The translations under genes and the position numbers were made by a program. 64,000 bases of DNA from NCBI RefSeq assembly GCF_011745625.1, contig NW_027191452.1, positions 868,001 to 932,000 of the forward strand, given 5' to 3'. How positions within the stretch are numbered: position 1 is the stretch's first letter; the number at the start of each line of letters is the position of its first letter. Below the pieces are notes generated by a model that did no database searches, had not been told where the DNA came from, and saw only the letters and a list, made by a program, of their open reading frames with translations. This DNA is from Cladosporium halotolerans. Its lineage: Eukaryota. Below, piece by piece: positions 33,623 through 46,100 of this stretch.

Positions 33623-36169
33623 TCACAGGCCAAGCTCGTCGTCACTCAGTACGTCGCTGTCCAGCGAACGTGACGGTGGCAACCCCTTCCTCAATGGTGC
33701 TGATTTCAGGGGCAGCATGGATCCGCGCAGCTTTTTTCTCGCTGGTGTGAGAATCCCCAGCTCATCGCTCTCGTCGATGTCAAGGCAAGGCTTCGGATTA
33801 CCGTCTTGACCGCGCAATCCAGCGATGCTATTTGTTTGCTGCCGCTGGGATGGTGCCAGTGCTGCCAGCTCTGCTTCCCTTGCGGCCTTCTTCTGCCTCT
33901 CCAACTTGAGATGGACCTGCTTTCCTGGAGGTGATGCGATCGGCCGTATCGCTTGTCTTTGCCGCTCAAAGCTGGTAGAGATCCGTCGAGGCGGTGACCG
34001 GTCGACATGCTTCAATGCTCCTTTCTGTTTGTCCAACTCGAAGTGGACTTGCTTTGCTCGCCTGATGTTTGCAGGCCGTTCTCTCAACACAGCCGATTCC
34101 ACAACTTCCTTCACAGGCATAGCTGGCTCAAACCTTCGCGACATGACCTGCTCATCTGCTATAATATCCGGTGAAGATAAGATTGCCTGTCGAGTGTTGC
34201 GTGAGTAATCTCTGGACCTGTCTGGCTTGGGCGTGAGCAGCTGCACCGGTTGATCAATGGTGTCATCATGCAAAGAATTTGTCTCAGAGGTTCCATGCTG
34301 TGGCGTTGCAGCTACCCATTCGCAGAGACCTTCCTCCCACCTGAAGCCAGAAACTCGAGCCCGACGGCGCGGTGTTTGTGCGACGCTGCCATCATTTGTT
34401 GTCCTTGCAATAGCCAGACTGTCGGCGAAATGGTGCTCAAGATCAACCCCCGTCTGTTCAGAGTAGGCAGAAGCAACCTCGAAAGCCAGTCTAGTTAGAA
34501 CGCCTCTTTGTTCATCATTGCATCCGGCCGGAGGGTTAAAGAAGCCTGATGTAATCATCAACAGCGACTCGATCCTATTCGCGTCGCTGAAGCGAAACAC
34601 ATGGTTTCCGACATTGCAGAGAAATTTGATGAAAGCGCTCGGCTGCGCATTAATCGCAGAAATCATCGAGCCGATGTCTGAAGAAGCTAGGCATGGCTCT
34701 GCGGGCTGAGCTGACAGCTGCAGAATTGTGCTTGCCATGACAAATGGGTGCTCGCTTCTGCCTCGTTCTCTTGCAGACTCGAGACTTCTGCGTTGAAGTA
34801 CGACTCCAGCGATTCGATGCACAACGGCAGCCACGTCCAATCCAGCCAGAGTTTCACAATCACTGGACTTCGTCAGAGCGATGGACGCCAAAAGACCAGC
34901 AAGGCGTGTTAATATTGGCAAGCTTGATGAGTCTCTTGCGTCGTAGTCTCTCACTACTGCAGTTTCGAGGTACGCAAGAGCAGCGTCCTTCACCGAACCC
35001 CGGACCAAGCTTCTGATGAGATCTTTCAGCAGTATGCTTCCCGTACGCAGGAAATCACTAGCCCACACGCAGTCTCGTCTGACAAGCTCAGCTTGAAATC
35101 GGAGGTGCCATGACTCGGCACCCTTTGTCGACCGAATCTCATCGATAAGCGCGAAAGCAGTATGCGACTCCCGTAGCCTGGTCGATTGGTGATGTTGGGT
35201 TCGTCTTATCCAGCTGTGCAGTAACCCATCGGCCTCCAGTAGAGCATGGCTTTGATTGCAAGTTCGAATCAATTCTGTGATTCGCGCTTCATGAATCAGA
35301 CCCTCTTCGATTGCAATTCGCACATGATGAATGCAGTGGGCTCGCACGACCTCGCGAAGTCCAGACCAGCCGCCTTCAATGTTGGTCCCAAGGCTTTCGA
35401 GGTCGCTGTAAATGCTGGAAGTCACATCCTCGTGCTCATCGTCGTCTTTGTCGATTTCATCAACTTCGATTTTGATATATTCAGGGACTTTTCGCAAGCA
35501 TGAGGCCCTCAAAGATCTCGCGCCTATGCGGTCCTGATCGATATGGCCATTGGTAGCTGCGAGGAGCCCGCCAAAAGCTGTGACTAGATTCCTCTGAGCC
35601 TCCTCATTGCTAGATGCAAGCTGCACTGGGAGTTGCCTAGACCCTTTGGTTTTCCCTTTTCGAGATGTGAGCGCGAGATGCCCTTCACATCGCTTCAGTG
35701 TTGATGGCTCTTCTACGCTCAAAAGGCGCTTCACAAAAGGAGTCGAAAATCCAGAATCCTGTCTTTTTGGAGGTGCTTTTCCCTGCGTACCAGATCTACT
35801 AGTGTAAGTCCTTGCATTTGTTCTCGATCTGGCGCCCGGAATCCATGCTGGATCTTTGGCTGGAAATTTGACCGATTTTCCCGACGACGGCGGCGTCTCC
35901 AAATACGGCCGTGTCGATGTTCGATCGTTGATTGCTTTGCTGGATACTACGGGTTCCAGCCCAAGTTTCGACTGTTTTCGCAGAATATTAATTCGTGAAG
36001 TAATGGTTCTCAGTAGGCGGTTACATCTCGCAGCGGTCCATGGGATGTCCTCGCGGTTCGATTCTCGCAAACTCCTTTTCCGTTTGGCGGCAACGCGCGT
36101 GTCAACCTCTCGCGTTGTACAATCCCAGGCTGACGCGAGGCCAGCAGTAAGATGTTCATTGATTGTCAT
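33623..36169 (-). CDS. Hypothetical protein, 848 aa (no family recognised)
   Basis: Long ATG-initiated ORF with structured-looking segments (PWTAARCNRLLR, GWSGLREVVRAH, FRWEEGLCEWVAATP) and a disordered basic tail ending SDDELGL. Confidence 0.75.
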   Translation of the reverse strand: MTINEHLTAGLASAWDCTTREVDTRVAAKRKRSLRESNREDIPWTAARCNRLLRTITSRINILRKQSKLGLEPVVSSKAINDRTSTRPYLETPPSSGKSVKFPAKDPAWIPGARSRTNARTYTSRSGTQGKAPPKRQDSGFSTPFVKRLLSVEEPSTLKRCEGHLALTSRKGKTKGSRQLPVQLASSNEEAQRNLVTAFGGLLAATNGHIDQDRIGARSLRASCLRKVPEYIKIEVDEIDKDDDEHEDVTSSIYSDLESLGTNIEGGWSGLREVVRAHCIHHVRIAIEEGLIHEARITELIRTCNQSHALLEADGLLHSWIRRTQHHQSTRLRESHTAFALIDEIRSTKGAESWHLRFQAELVRRDCVWASDFLRTGSILLKDLIRSLVRGSVKDAALAYLETAVVRDYDARDSSSLPILTRLAGLLASIALTKSSDCETLAGLDVAAVVHRIAGVVLQRRSLESARERGRSEHPFVMASTILQLSAQPAEPCLASSDIGSMISAINAQPSAFIKFLCNVGNHVFRFSDANRIESLLMITSGFFNPPAGCNDEQRGVLTRLAFEVASAYSEQTGVDLEHHFADSLAIARTTNDGSVAQTPRRRARVSGFRWEEGLCEWVAATPQHGTSETNSLHDDTIDQPVQLLTPKPDRSRDYSRNTRQAILSSPDIIADEQVMSRRFEPAMPVKEVVESAVLRERPANIRRAKQVHFELDKQKGALKHVDRSPPRRISTSFERQRQAIRPIASPPGKQVHLKLERQKKAAREAELAALAPSQRQQTNSIAGLRGQDGNPKPCLDIDESDELGILTPARKKLRGSMLPLKSAPLRKGLPPSRSLDSDVLSDDELGL

Positions 36170-37045
36170 GCTCGATATTAATGCTCACATCAAGACTTAC
36201 TATCGAAGTGCAATGGTCAACGGTCTACGATACATCTTTGTTGCCGTTGGTAAACAAACAAAGCTGAAGCCCGCTGGCTGCGGCGGGCCATCTCCGCCAA
36301 GGCTCCGGCGTGCAATTCCATCCTCTGATGAGAGACGCCAACATACACTTCAGCACATTTATCCAATTGTAATTGCCACTGCTGAGTGCCTGTTGATGAG
36401 GACAATTCCAGAATGGACAATCTCTTCGGCCAATCGCGCTGTCTGTTGATTATGGTACAGACCAGTTGACAACGGGAAACCCACGCCGTCGACGAAGGCG
36501 GAATGCAAAGGATTTCCTGCTTTTTGCTTGCAGTGTGATGACCCTCATACTCATCCATGTCGAGATTAAGGTATCGCAGCCCGATTGTCGCCCTACTTTC
36601 GCTCGCGCATCTATCATCTTCGCAAAGCTCCTGTATTCGGTGCAAGCCAGACTGCGAGGAAGTACGGCAGTTCATTTGCCCTCAGCGCTCATAGCCCAGT
36701 CGTCCGAATGGCCATGGTTGGCACCATGGAGTCGAAGTTGATTATTACTCGGGTAGGTCAATGACCTGAAGTGAAGTCAGCTTGCTGTAGAGCGACCGCT
36801 TCAGCACACCTCACTCTTTCTCCGTGCTCTGATCGCGTCGTGTCGTGCCTTCCTTCGCTTGATGTGCCCTGCAGCACAAGATCGGATGGAGTCATTCACT
36901 TGTGATTTTGCGTCCCTAAGATGACAACACCCCGATCCTTTTACTTTCTTCTCGGTGTCTGTCTTCGCCTCCTCTCCAGACTACATTACACTCTTGTCTC
37001 TCTGCCTTCTTAGAATCCTTCCGCGACGACCTCTAGACCAAGTAC

Positions 37046-38793
37046 ATGGCGTCGCAATCATGTGAACCGCGCACAAGGGTCCCACCGTCTTTGTTGAACT
37101 TACCGCCAGAGTTGTTGGAGACAATCCTGGGCTATGTATCCTTCACACCACATCCCTTCTGCTGTTTTGCACTGAACACTCTTAGATCACAAGAAATTCC
37201 GACAAGCGCAGCATTTGTCTGGCTTGCAAACGCCTCCAGGCGGCGATCATGCCTTCGCTGTACCGAAACATGGTCCTCGATGTGTATCAGTTGAATGCGG
37301 ACCTGAAGGACACGTTTGGCGCAAACCATCAAGGCTTGCCGCTCATCGAGACCGTTTGCGTCACGGCAGATCGATTCGTGTTCGGCTCTGATGCCCACCA
37401 ACCAGCATTGTGCTTTTTACTCACGTTGATCCCAAAGAACGCTTTGCAAAGATTCGAGTGTGTCCCAACTTTAGATGAGGGTTCCCCAACATCTGGCTGA
37501 CGTGCATTGCAGGGTTTCCACCGCTCTCCGACTACATCGAGAGTTGGACGTACTTTTGCGCTCTACGCAACAGAGGCTCATGAACTACCAGTACCGTGGT
37601 CTGGATTGCCATACTCCGGACCCTCATCTCGCAGAGAATGTGTTTTGGCGCATCAACAATCTTCAACTATTCCTGCAGAATTCTTCAGACCGCGACATGG
37701 CAGGACTGATAATCGAGCGGTCGCAACAGATAGAAAGCTTGGCCATAGAGTGCAGCTCAGAGACCTTGGACGACGGACACCAGAGGAAGGCGACTGGGCT
37801 TGCGGTGGTGAACAAACTCTTCGGTTGCAGCAATGCCGCGCGCCGGTGTCCAAAGCTGAAGTGTCTGCGTGTCGAGGGGCTATGCCTTGAGTCTTCTGGA
37901 GTAGTGCTGCCAACATTGCTGGACATCGAGCGTCTGGAGCATCTGCAACTGGCGAAATGCTCTCATTCCAACAGACTCTGTGAAGTCCTCGCTCAGATGA
38001 GGCTCCGTCTCAAATCTTTCTCGGACGAAGTATCTTGCAACAATCCGCTCGAAGGCAGTACCGGCGTATTTTTGACGTCTGTTGGGCCTCTTGACAAACT
38101 GCGCATAACTTCTCATCCTGACACGAGGGAGTTTCAAGCGTTCTCATGGAATGCGCTCATGCCTCATGCACCCAAGCTTCGACTTCTCGAGCTGAACGAC
38201 TGGATGCCTTTCAGTAATCCGCTGGATGGAAAGAACAGGACAATTGCAGAATTCAAGTCTTTCTGCGAGCTCGCTCCCCAGCTTCAACAGCTGGCAATTG
38301 AAGGCACTTGCACCGATCCGACCACCTGGGCAAAGCCGCACGGGTTGGACGGGATGTTGGTAAACATGCGCAACGGGCCACTCTTCGAATCTGCGTTCCT
38401 AACTTTCGACAACAGGACTGCCTGAAAGCACTGACGAACCTCCGGGTGCTCAAGCTTACCGTGCACTCGGGCTACATGGCCATGTATGACAGTATCCTGG
38501 ACGAAGGCGACGCAGAACTTCAGTATCTTGAGCTCAGGATGCACAAAGAGGCAAGGACGGTGGCCGACAGGATCTTCGACAGTCTTGCGCAGTCGTGCCC
38601 GCAGCTTGTCGCTGTGGCGATGGATGCGGCTGACGCTGTGCCGTTCATAACCCCTGCTGCATTCATCCGCGCAAAGCAGGTCGACCTATACGGCAAGGTG
38701 TCGTATGTCGCGACACCTGTCAGCCTCTCGGACATCAAGCACCACGAGCCATGTTCGAGCATCTTGCAGGGAGAGGCCTTGGTCATGTACTGA
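37046..38793 (+). CDS. F-box protein with LRR-like body; exons 37046-37135, 37186-37457, 37513-38359, 38416-38793 (~528 aa)
   Basis: SLLNLPPELLETILGY|ITRNSDKRSICLACKRL..LY F-box pattern; LxxLxL repeats (LKCLRV, LEHLQL, LRLLEL, LQQLAI, LRVLKL). Three GT-AG introns restore the frame. Confidence 0.78.
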
Positions 38794-39505
38794 TTGCGGT
38801 GCATTTGTGTGCACGGGCATTCATCGAAAGCGCCGCCGGGGCGCCTGTAATGCCCGTTGAGCGCATCGACGTTGATCACGGGAGAACCTCCGTCACGTGC
38901 GCTTGGACGGTGACCGTTACAGCTGCTGGCGCTGCAGCTCTCGCATTGAATTCACTGCTAGAAGGGAACGGATGGCACGATTGGCGCATGAAGCTGCAGG
39001 GCAGCAGGCGCGTGATGATGCACGCACGACCGCAGATGCAGGGTCCGTGCTACGGTGGGTCAATGGCACGCGAATCGCTGAGGGGAGCTGGCCGAGCTGG
39101 CGGAGAATTGATGGTTGGAGCTGGAGGGGAGATTGGAGGGCGTGTGGAGAGGCGCCCGTTGCTATCAGAGCTGCAATACCAAAACTTGCCGTCGCTGTCT
39201 CACGCGCATCAAACGTTCATCTGCCATAGCGTGATGTCTCCGGGTCGCAGGCGCGCATGGCAGGCGAAGGCCGGCTCACGAGGATTTGGTTGAGGACGTC
39301 CCATGGAGCCGTGGAAATTGCACGGGCGCGTCTATTGCACCAGCATACAGTGGCGGGCTAGGTAGCCACAGTAGCGGTGCCCGCCCCAAGCGAGCCAGAC
39401 CGAAGCGGAGAAGCTGCGTCACCTGTGCTTTGCCCGTGTTGTCCATCGCCTCTACTCGAGCACTGCCGTTCCCTTGGACAATAGACAGACGGGCTGCGAG
39501 ACACC

Positions 39506-42157
39506 ATGGCGATCGATGAGGATGTGTACTGCACGGTGCGTGGCTGCAAAGTGCCTGGTGAAGCGGATTGCGCGACTGACTCGGTTTGCAGCTCGTGATG
39601 AGCGATGCGTATCTTCCAGGTATGCTCGACTACGCCTCGTCGGAAGAGTATTCGGGGCTAACGAATAGAAAGGTGCCGCCGTACTCGCACACTCTCTCCG
39701 CGACTGCGGGACGAAGAAGAAGCTCGCAGTACTCGTCACGCCGGACACTCTGCGGCCCAGCACGCTCGACGAGCTGAGGGTGAGTTCTCGCGACAACAGC
39801 GCCATTGTCACACGTGCTGCGTACTGAGTCTTGAACCCGCAGGTACTCTACGACTATGTCCTCCCCATCGAGCGAATAGCGACGCCCAATCCGAAGAATC
39901 TCTACCTCATGAACCGCGGCGACCTATTGTTTACATTCACAAAGATCAACCTGTGGCGGCAGACGCAGTTCAGAAAGATCGTGTATATTGATGCGGATGT
40001 GGTAGCGCTGCGTGCGCCGGACGAGTTGTTTGATCTTCCAGACTCGTTTGCCGCGGCACCGGATGTTGGCTGGCCAGATGCCTTCAACTCCGGCGTCATG
40101 GTACTCTCTCCACACATGGGCGACTACTGGGCATTGCGGACACTGGCCGGCGCGGGAGACAGCTTCGATGGCGCAGATCAAGGACTGCTGAACCAGTACT
40201 ACGAGCACAAGCCGTGGAAGCGGCTGAGCTTCACGTACAACTGCACTCCTTCTGCTAACTACCAGTATGAGCCTGCATACCGGTACTACAAGCACAACAT
40301 CAGCATGGTCCACTTCATCGGCGAAGGCAAACCTTGGAAGAGCGGGAAGCGGTCGGATGCGCCACCGAGCGCGTATCAGGAGCTCTCTGCAAGATGGTGG
40401 GCTGTGTACGACAAGCACTTCAAGGTCACCACCACAGAATATTCTGCCACCGGCCGACGTGCACCGGCACCTGTAAGAGCTGTACAAGCCCAGGTGAAGG
40501 TCGAATCGCCGAAGACTGGTGACGTTTATTACGCCACAGGTTACCCTGTTGAAATGCCCCAAGGGGCACCGCCACCACCAGAAGCAAAGATCAACAGCAC
40601 TGAGGCTCCTTTCACGGAGCCAGGGGAACCCGCAGAGAACATAGATCAGGGAATTGTCGAGCCGCCGCCGACAATCGAGGTCAGACAGTTCTCGGCTCCG
40701 CAAATGGAATGGGACGCTACTCGCGCCGCTCCACCAGTAGAGTCGAGACCAGAAGCCGCCAACTTCCCTACAGAAGTTTACCAGTTCAGCACCGATCCGC
40801 AGCCATTCCAGCCGCCCCGCGAGTATCCTGAGCCGCCCAAAGACATGTGGTTCGAGGTTCCTAAGGAGAAGCCTAGAAAGCATGAGAAGCCGCCACCCAT
40901 ATTCCCATGGGAAGAGCGCGAGCTACCCAAGCCTACTCGCGTATTCGTTGAAGACAGACCACCATCACCGCCTCCTCAGCCCGAGTCTCCGCCGTTGACT
41001 TTGGCCGATGAGCTGGAAGTGACCACCAAGCACCAGCCAGCACCAGATGCACCCGCCGTCAACGTCCAGGAAGAGCCTTGGGCCAAATTTGGAAACGTCA
41101 ATAAAAATGCGTGGGATGAGGTCGAAGGCATCAATACATATGTCCGCGCCTTCTCCAGCTGGCAAAAGAATCGCGGCAAACCGCAGAAGACACCTGGACA
41201 GCAAGAAGAGCATCAAATCCTCTCACCAACTAACGAGCCAGATCCCGCCGAACTCGTCGATACCGTCCGCAAGCGGAGAGAAAGCCTTATCCTGACCGAC
41301 TTTCCGACTGCGGTCGAACGACCAAGCCTGCCGGTGACGCCCGCGCCGAGACGCAGAAGCACGTTCTGGGGAGAAGAAAGAGACACTGAGGCACTGCCGG
41401 CTGCTGAAGGCGTGCCAGATCAGGCTGATTGGGTATGTCCAAACTGTGGTTTCAATTCAAGACGCAACTCCCAAGAAGAACCCTGGAGTGCCGATGCGCC
41501 TCCTTCGATGGTTCCTGTCAAGGTTGAAACATGATGTGGCGGCGCTTCCCCTCGCCACTTGTATCGCTTATGCATTTGCTTTTCATCTACCATGTTGCGT
41601 TTAAGCTCTCTTGCGAGAATCTGCTGCTTCTTGCCATGTATTTGTAGTCTTGCTTTCTGCTACATTCTTGCATATTACCATCAAACACCAGCTGTTCTTT
41701 CTTTCAGTCATTCGGCGCACGCGCGCTAATCCATTTTGCTTCACGATAGGACCCGACCGCCCAGCTCGAGTCTCTCCGCCGACACTCCCTCATTGGTCCA
41801 TCGGACTTGAAGATGCCGACGAAGAAGTCCATACCCGAGCGCCAGATGCCCGCTTCCTCTGCGCCCGTCGATCCTCAAGCTACAGGCCACCCCGTCGCTC
41901 TTACTCGGAGTGATGATGGAGGCCCTCCAACTGTGGACTCATCCACGGGCGCTGCAGACACCCCCAAGGGTGTATCTTTCGCCGACGACGCTGAATCCAA
42001 GGCTAGCGACTCGAATCAACAAGAGACATCGGGCGAGAAGCAAGGCGTTGGACTGTTCTCTGAACCAAACTTTGGAGCCTCGAGTGGAAGAAATGGGGAC
42101 GAAGTCTTGAGCCCTGGTGACCCCGTTCCGCAAGATGTCTCGCCGCAGGACAAGTAG
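39506..42157 (+). CDS. Glycogenin (GT8); exons 39506-39535, 39592-39619, 39673-39779, 39843-41432, 41750-42157 (~720 aa)
   Basis: YCTLVMSDAYLPGAAVLAHSLRD, FTKINLW, YIDAD (DxD), FNSG, DGADQGLLN, YQYEPAY, VHFIG..KPW; long Pro-rich C-terminus. Confidence 0.92.
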
Positions 42158-43169
42158 GCTCAGTGCGGGTGCTGCTTGGCTTTCTGAAGATTCTCCTTTG
42201 TGTATCTGGTTCCTGCCTTTCTTCTCTGGTTGCATTTCTCACCAGATCTTACTTGACAGAGCAGTGTGCTTGGTGTATCATGGTATTTGCGTTCTGAGCG
42301 GAAGGGAGGAGGCCTGCATCTTGGCTCGTATTGTACATACTATGTGGATATGAATATTACATACACGATCTTGGTTCAGCTTTCATGCAAGCATGGTCAA
42401 CACGATCGTGTTTGCATGAAGTCCACGTCCGCCGCTGTCAAACCCTTCTTTGTGACAGAAGAGTTTGTTCTGGGATCGTTGGATCGAGGTCAGTGTCAGC
42501 ATCCTGTCTTGTCCGCCATCTAAAACTGATCTCTGCATAATGCGGCCGTCCTGGCTCCCCCGCGTGATTTGGGAAACCACTGGTGCGATCGCCACGATGC
42601 TGATCTCGGCTCTCAGATATCATCAAGCAAGAGAAGCACGCAATGCCCAGAGTTGTGTGTTACCCATTGGCATCAACCAGATCGTCTGCGGGCGCCGTTG
42701 TCTCTTGGAGAGCGAGATCCAATGTAGTCACTGCCTTTGGATCAGCTCCCCCCTTCACTTGTGGCCTCTGTTACGCAAAGCCCGACCTACTCCTTCGCGG
42801 CTTAGCCAACCTCTCCATGTCGAGTCTCTGCCATGAAGCGCTTTCACTGGTCTTATCCTCGAAGAACGCTGTTCGTAGGCCGCAGAAAGCCGGCAAAGGG
42901 GGTCTCATGACGTGGTGGAGCTGAAGCTGCTTGAAGTGAAAGCTGCTTCTCCGTGATATTGTAAGTGAAAGAAGCCGCAACGCCCCACTTTTTCGTGCCT
43001 TCCGCATTTGAGAAACCAAGGTCGCTCTTGCCTCGAACACCAAACAAGCTCGCTCGCTCGCACACCCACCGCTCAAAATCCTTTTCATCACCACCACACC
43101 ACCACACCAGCACCACACCACCACTGCAACCACAACAGTTGATCGCACCTCAAACGATCAACCGCAACG

Positions 43170-46100
43170 ATGCTGCCGCTACACGCCGTCATCTCGGCCG
43201 TAGTCGGCATGTTCTTTCTGTACCAGGCGGCGACAAACCCCCGCCTGTCGGTCATCCCCTGGGGCATCGGCGCCCCGCCGGTCGCTCCGGCCACCACCAC
43301 CGCCGCCGCCCTCGCCGCCACCGCCGCGTCTCCCGTCACGGTCGTATGGACCGTGACGGAGACAATATCGTTCACGCCGTCGTCGCTCCCTGTCGGAACA
43401 AGCGCGGCGCGTTATTCTGCCGGCTCCGACAGGGAGCCTATCTGGACTAGGGCATTCGCCCTCAGCAACATCGCCTGGCTCTTCGCGCTCATCGTCGCTG
43501 TTGTCGTCGCTGGCCTTCTCCTGGGTCGCCGGTTTAGGCGTGCAAACGCACCGGTGTACCAGCCGCCGTTCGACTTCAGCAGACCGCAGCGGGTCAATCT
43601 CATCGACAGTATCGACCACGACGAGATTTTGTACTGGGTTCCGTTCTCCCTCGGACCCCTCGACAGTCCTCATGCGGAGCCCGTCAGTGCCGAAGACGAG
43701 GAGGCCCAGGACGAGCAGGAGGAATCCTGCGATGACTCCTGGAGCATATCGTCTGCGGCTTCTGGCGAGGAGCGCATCGATGGGCTCGAGAGGGACATCC
43801 CGGAGGTTGACGAGGGAACCTCCAGCAGCAATCTCGCGTCGGGGTCTGATGAGACCGAAGAGAGCACTTACAGCTCTCCTGACTTTGCGGTGGCGATGCC
43901 CGGGGCCTTCCCCGAGGATTTCGAGGATGTGGCAGACCGCTGCCTGTCCCCTTCCAGGGACGCAGCAACCACGGAGCCTGAAATCCTCGAGGAGGTCCCT
44001 TGCGCTGACGAAGCCACTCTCGCGGCAATCACCACCGCCGCAGAAGAAATCGGCGACCAGAGCACCCAGGACGACGGTGCAGAAAGCGATCCGGAGCTCC
44101 CATTCCCGATCGACTATGGAAAAGGCGAGGTGGTCCTCGATTCCGAAGGGCGCAGAGAGGAGACTGCCGCCAGCCCGGAGGAAATCGGCGACCAGGACGC
44201 CGCCGCAGGACCAGATTGGGAGGTCCAATCCACGACCGGCCAAGGAGCAGCCGAAGAAATTCACAATTCTGGAGAGGGCAACGAGGTCCCTACAACTGAA
44301 CCTCACACGTTCAGCAACCTCCCCTCGCCTCAGAAGAAGAGTAAGCGGAGCCGGTCACGACGCTACGGCGACCCTGAGCGCCGCAGCATCCTAGCTGCCA
44401 GGGTCGCCTCCAGAGCGACAAAGAAGGCGGCCGAGCCCAAGAGGCACGAGCTCAGCAGGGCATTCTCTCGCTCCAAGAGCCTCGAGGCTCTCGGAGCCTA
44501 CATTCGCGGCGTCAACGCCATCGACAGCTCCTCGGCGCAACCACGCGAAGAGGTCAAGGCGGCTGAAGAAGCCCAAGTGGTCGACGATGCTCCCATTACT
44601 GAGGAGAACAACCAAGCTCTGGGCGACGACGGAGACGATGGAGCCTCCTTTGCACCGGCCGTGATCAACGACGAAAGGCCCTCAGAGGAACAATTCGACG
44701 AACAATTCGACGAACTCGAGGTGGCCGAAGAAAACCAAACGTTCGACGATGCTCCTGGTACCGAGGAGAACAGCCAAGCTCTGGGCGACGACGGAGACGA
44801 TGGAGCCTCCCTTGCACCTGCCGTGATCAGCGACGACATTGGGATGGACGACGCAGAGGAAGTGGTGGCCGAAAGCTACCTGAGTGCCGCAGACATGCGT
44901 GGTAAGACTCCTCAATTAGTTCGATTTTGTGCTGTGCTAACTTTTCTTATTCAGCAGCTCTCATCGCCAGGTTCAGTTATCGCAACCCCGCCGAGCTTGA
45001 CGCAGATAGTGATGACGACTGCGACTGGTCGGAGGCAGATCTGAACGACTTCGAAGACGATCTCGATATTAATGAGTCTGTTGCGGCCATCATCCCAGCA
45101 ATGGAGGCTCTCTCAGTCCCCGAGCCGACCGAAGACATGGATGTCGTACTGCCTGGTGACCATGAGGTGTCGCCTCTGAACGAATACTTCAAGTGGACAC
45201 GGCCTAACGTGCCGACTGCGACTGCCAATCCTCAGCAAACTCCGCTCGGAGGCGTTGTCACCCCGGTCAGTTCTGAGATGGATGTCGATGGAGGTGTTGT
45301 GGCCCCAGTCAACTCCGAGGCGGATGTCGATGGAGGTGTTGTGACCCCGGTCAATTTTGAGATGGATGTCGATGCAGACGTCACGGACCCGGCCGGCGAG
45401 GAGATCGATTCCGATGCAGAGCGCGATTCAGACTCCCTTTTGGACGCCTATGCACCCAAGGACTCGCAAGTCGTGGGAGCGTTGACCCAGAGCTCGGGAC
45501 CTCTACCGTCTGCGCTTGATCAGGCTCCTGCTACCACACAGCAAGGAAGCCCATGGCCCTCAAACATGGGGCAAATGCAACAGCATCAATCGACCAGTAC
45601 AGCCGGATCTGCTTCGAGATCCGCACTCACATCAGCGGGCGGGGTACTGAACATGACTTGGCCGTCTGCCACGCAAGAGGTTGCAAAGGAGCCCGTGGCC
45701 GCATCTGCTTCGAAATCCGCACTCACATCAGCGGGCGGAGTTTTGAACATGACTTGGCCGTCGTCTGCCACGCCAGAGGTCGCAAAGGAGCCCGTGGCCG
45801 CATCTGCTTCGAAATCCGCACTCACATCAGCGGGCGGGGTACTGAACATGACTTGGCCGTCGTCTGCCACGCAAGAGGTCGCAAAGGAGCCCGTGGCCGA
45901 GAACCAGCAGCTCGACTGGGGAACTGGAGTCACAGCAGCACTGTCTGCCCCACCAAAGCCAAAGCAGCTCAAACACGACAGCCGGCCTCAGTACGGCTAT
46001 AAGAATGCTAGACCGGATCGGCAACCAAACAGGCGTATCACCCGCAACAAGACTGCTGCCACACACGCCCAAGACTCCATGCCCCAAGAAGCTCGTATCC

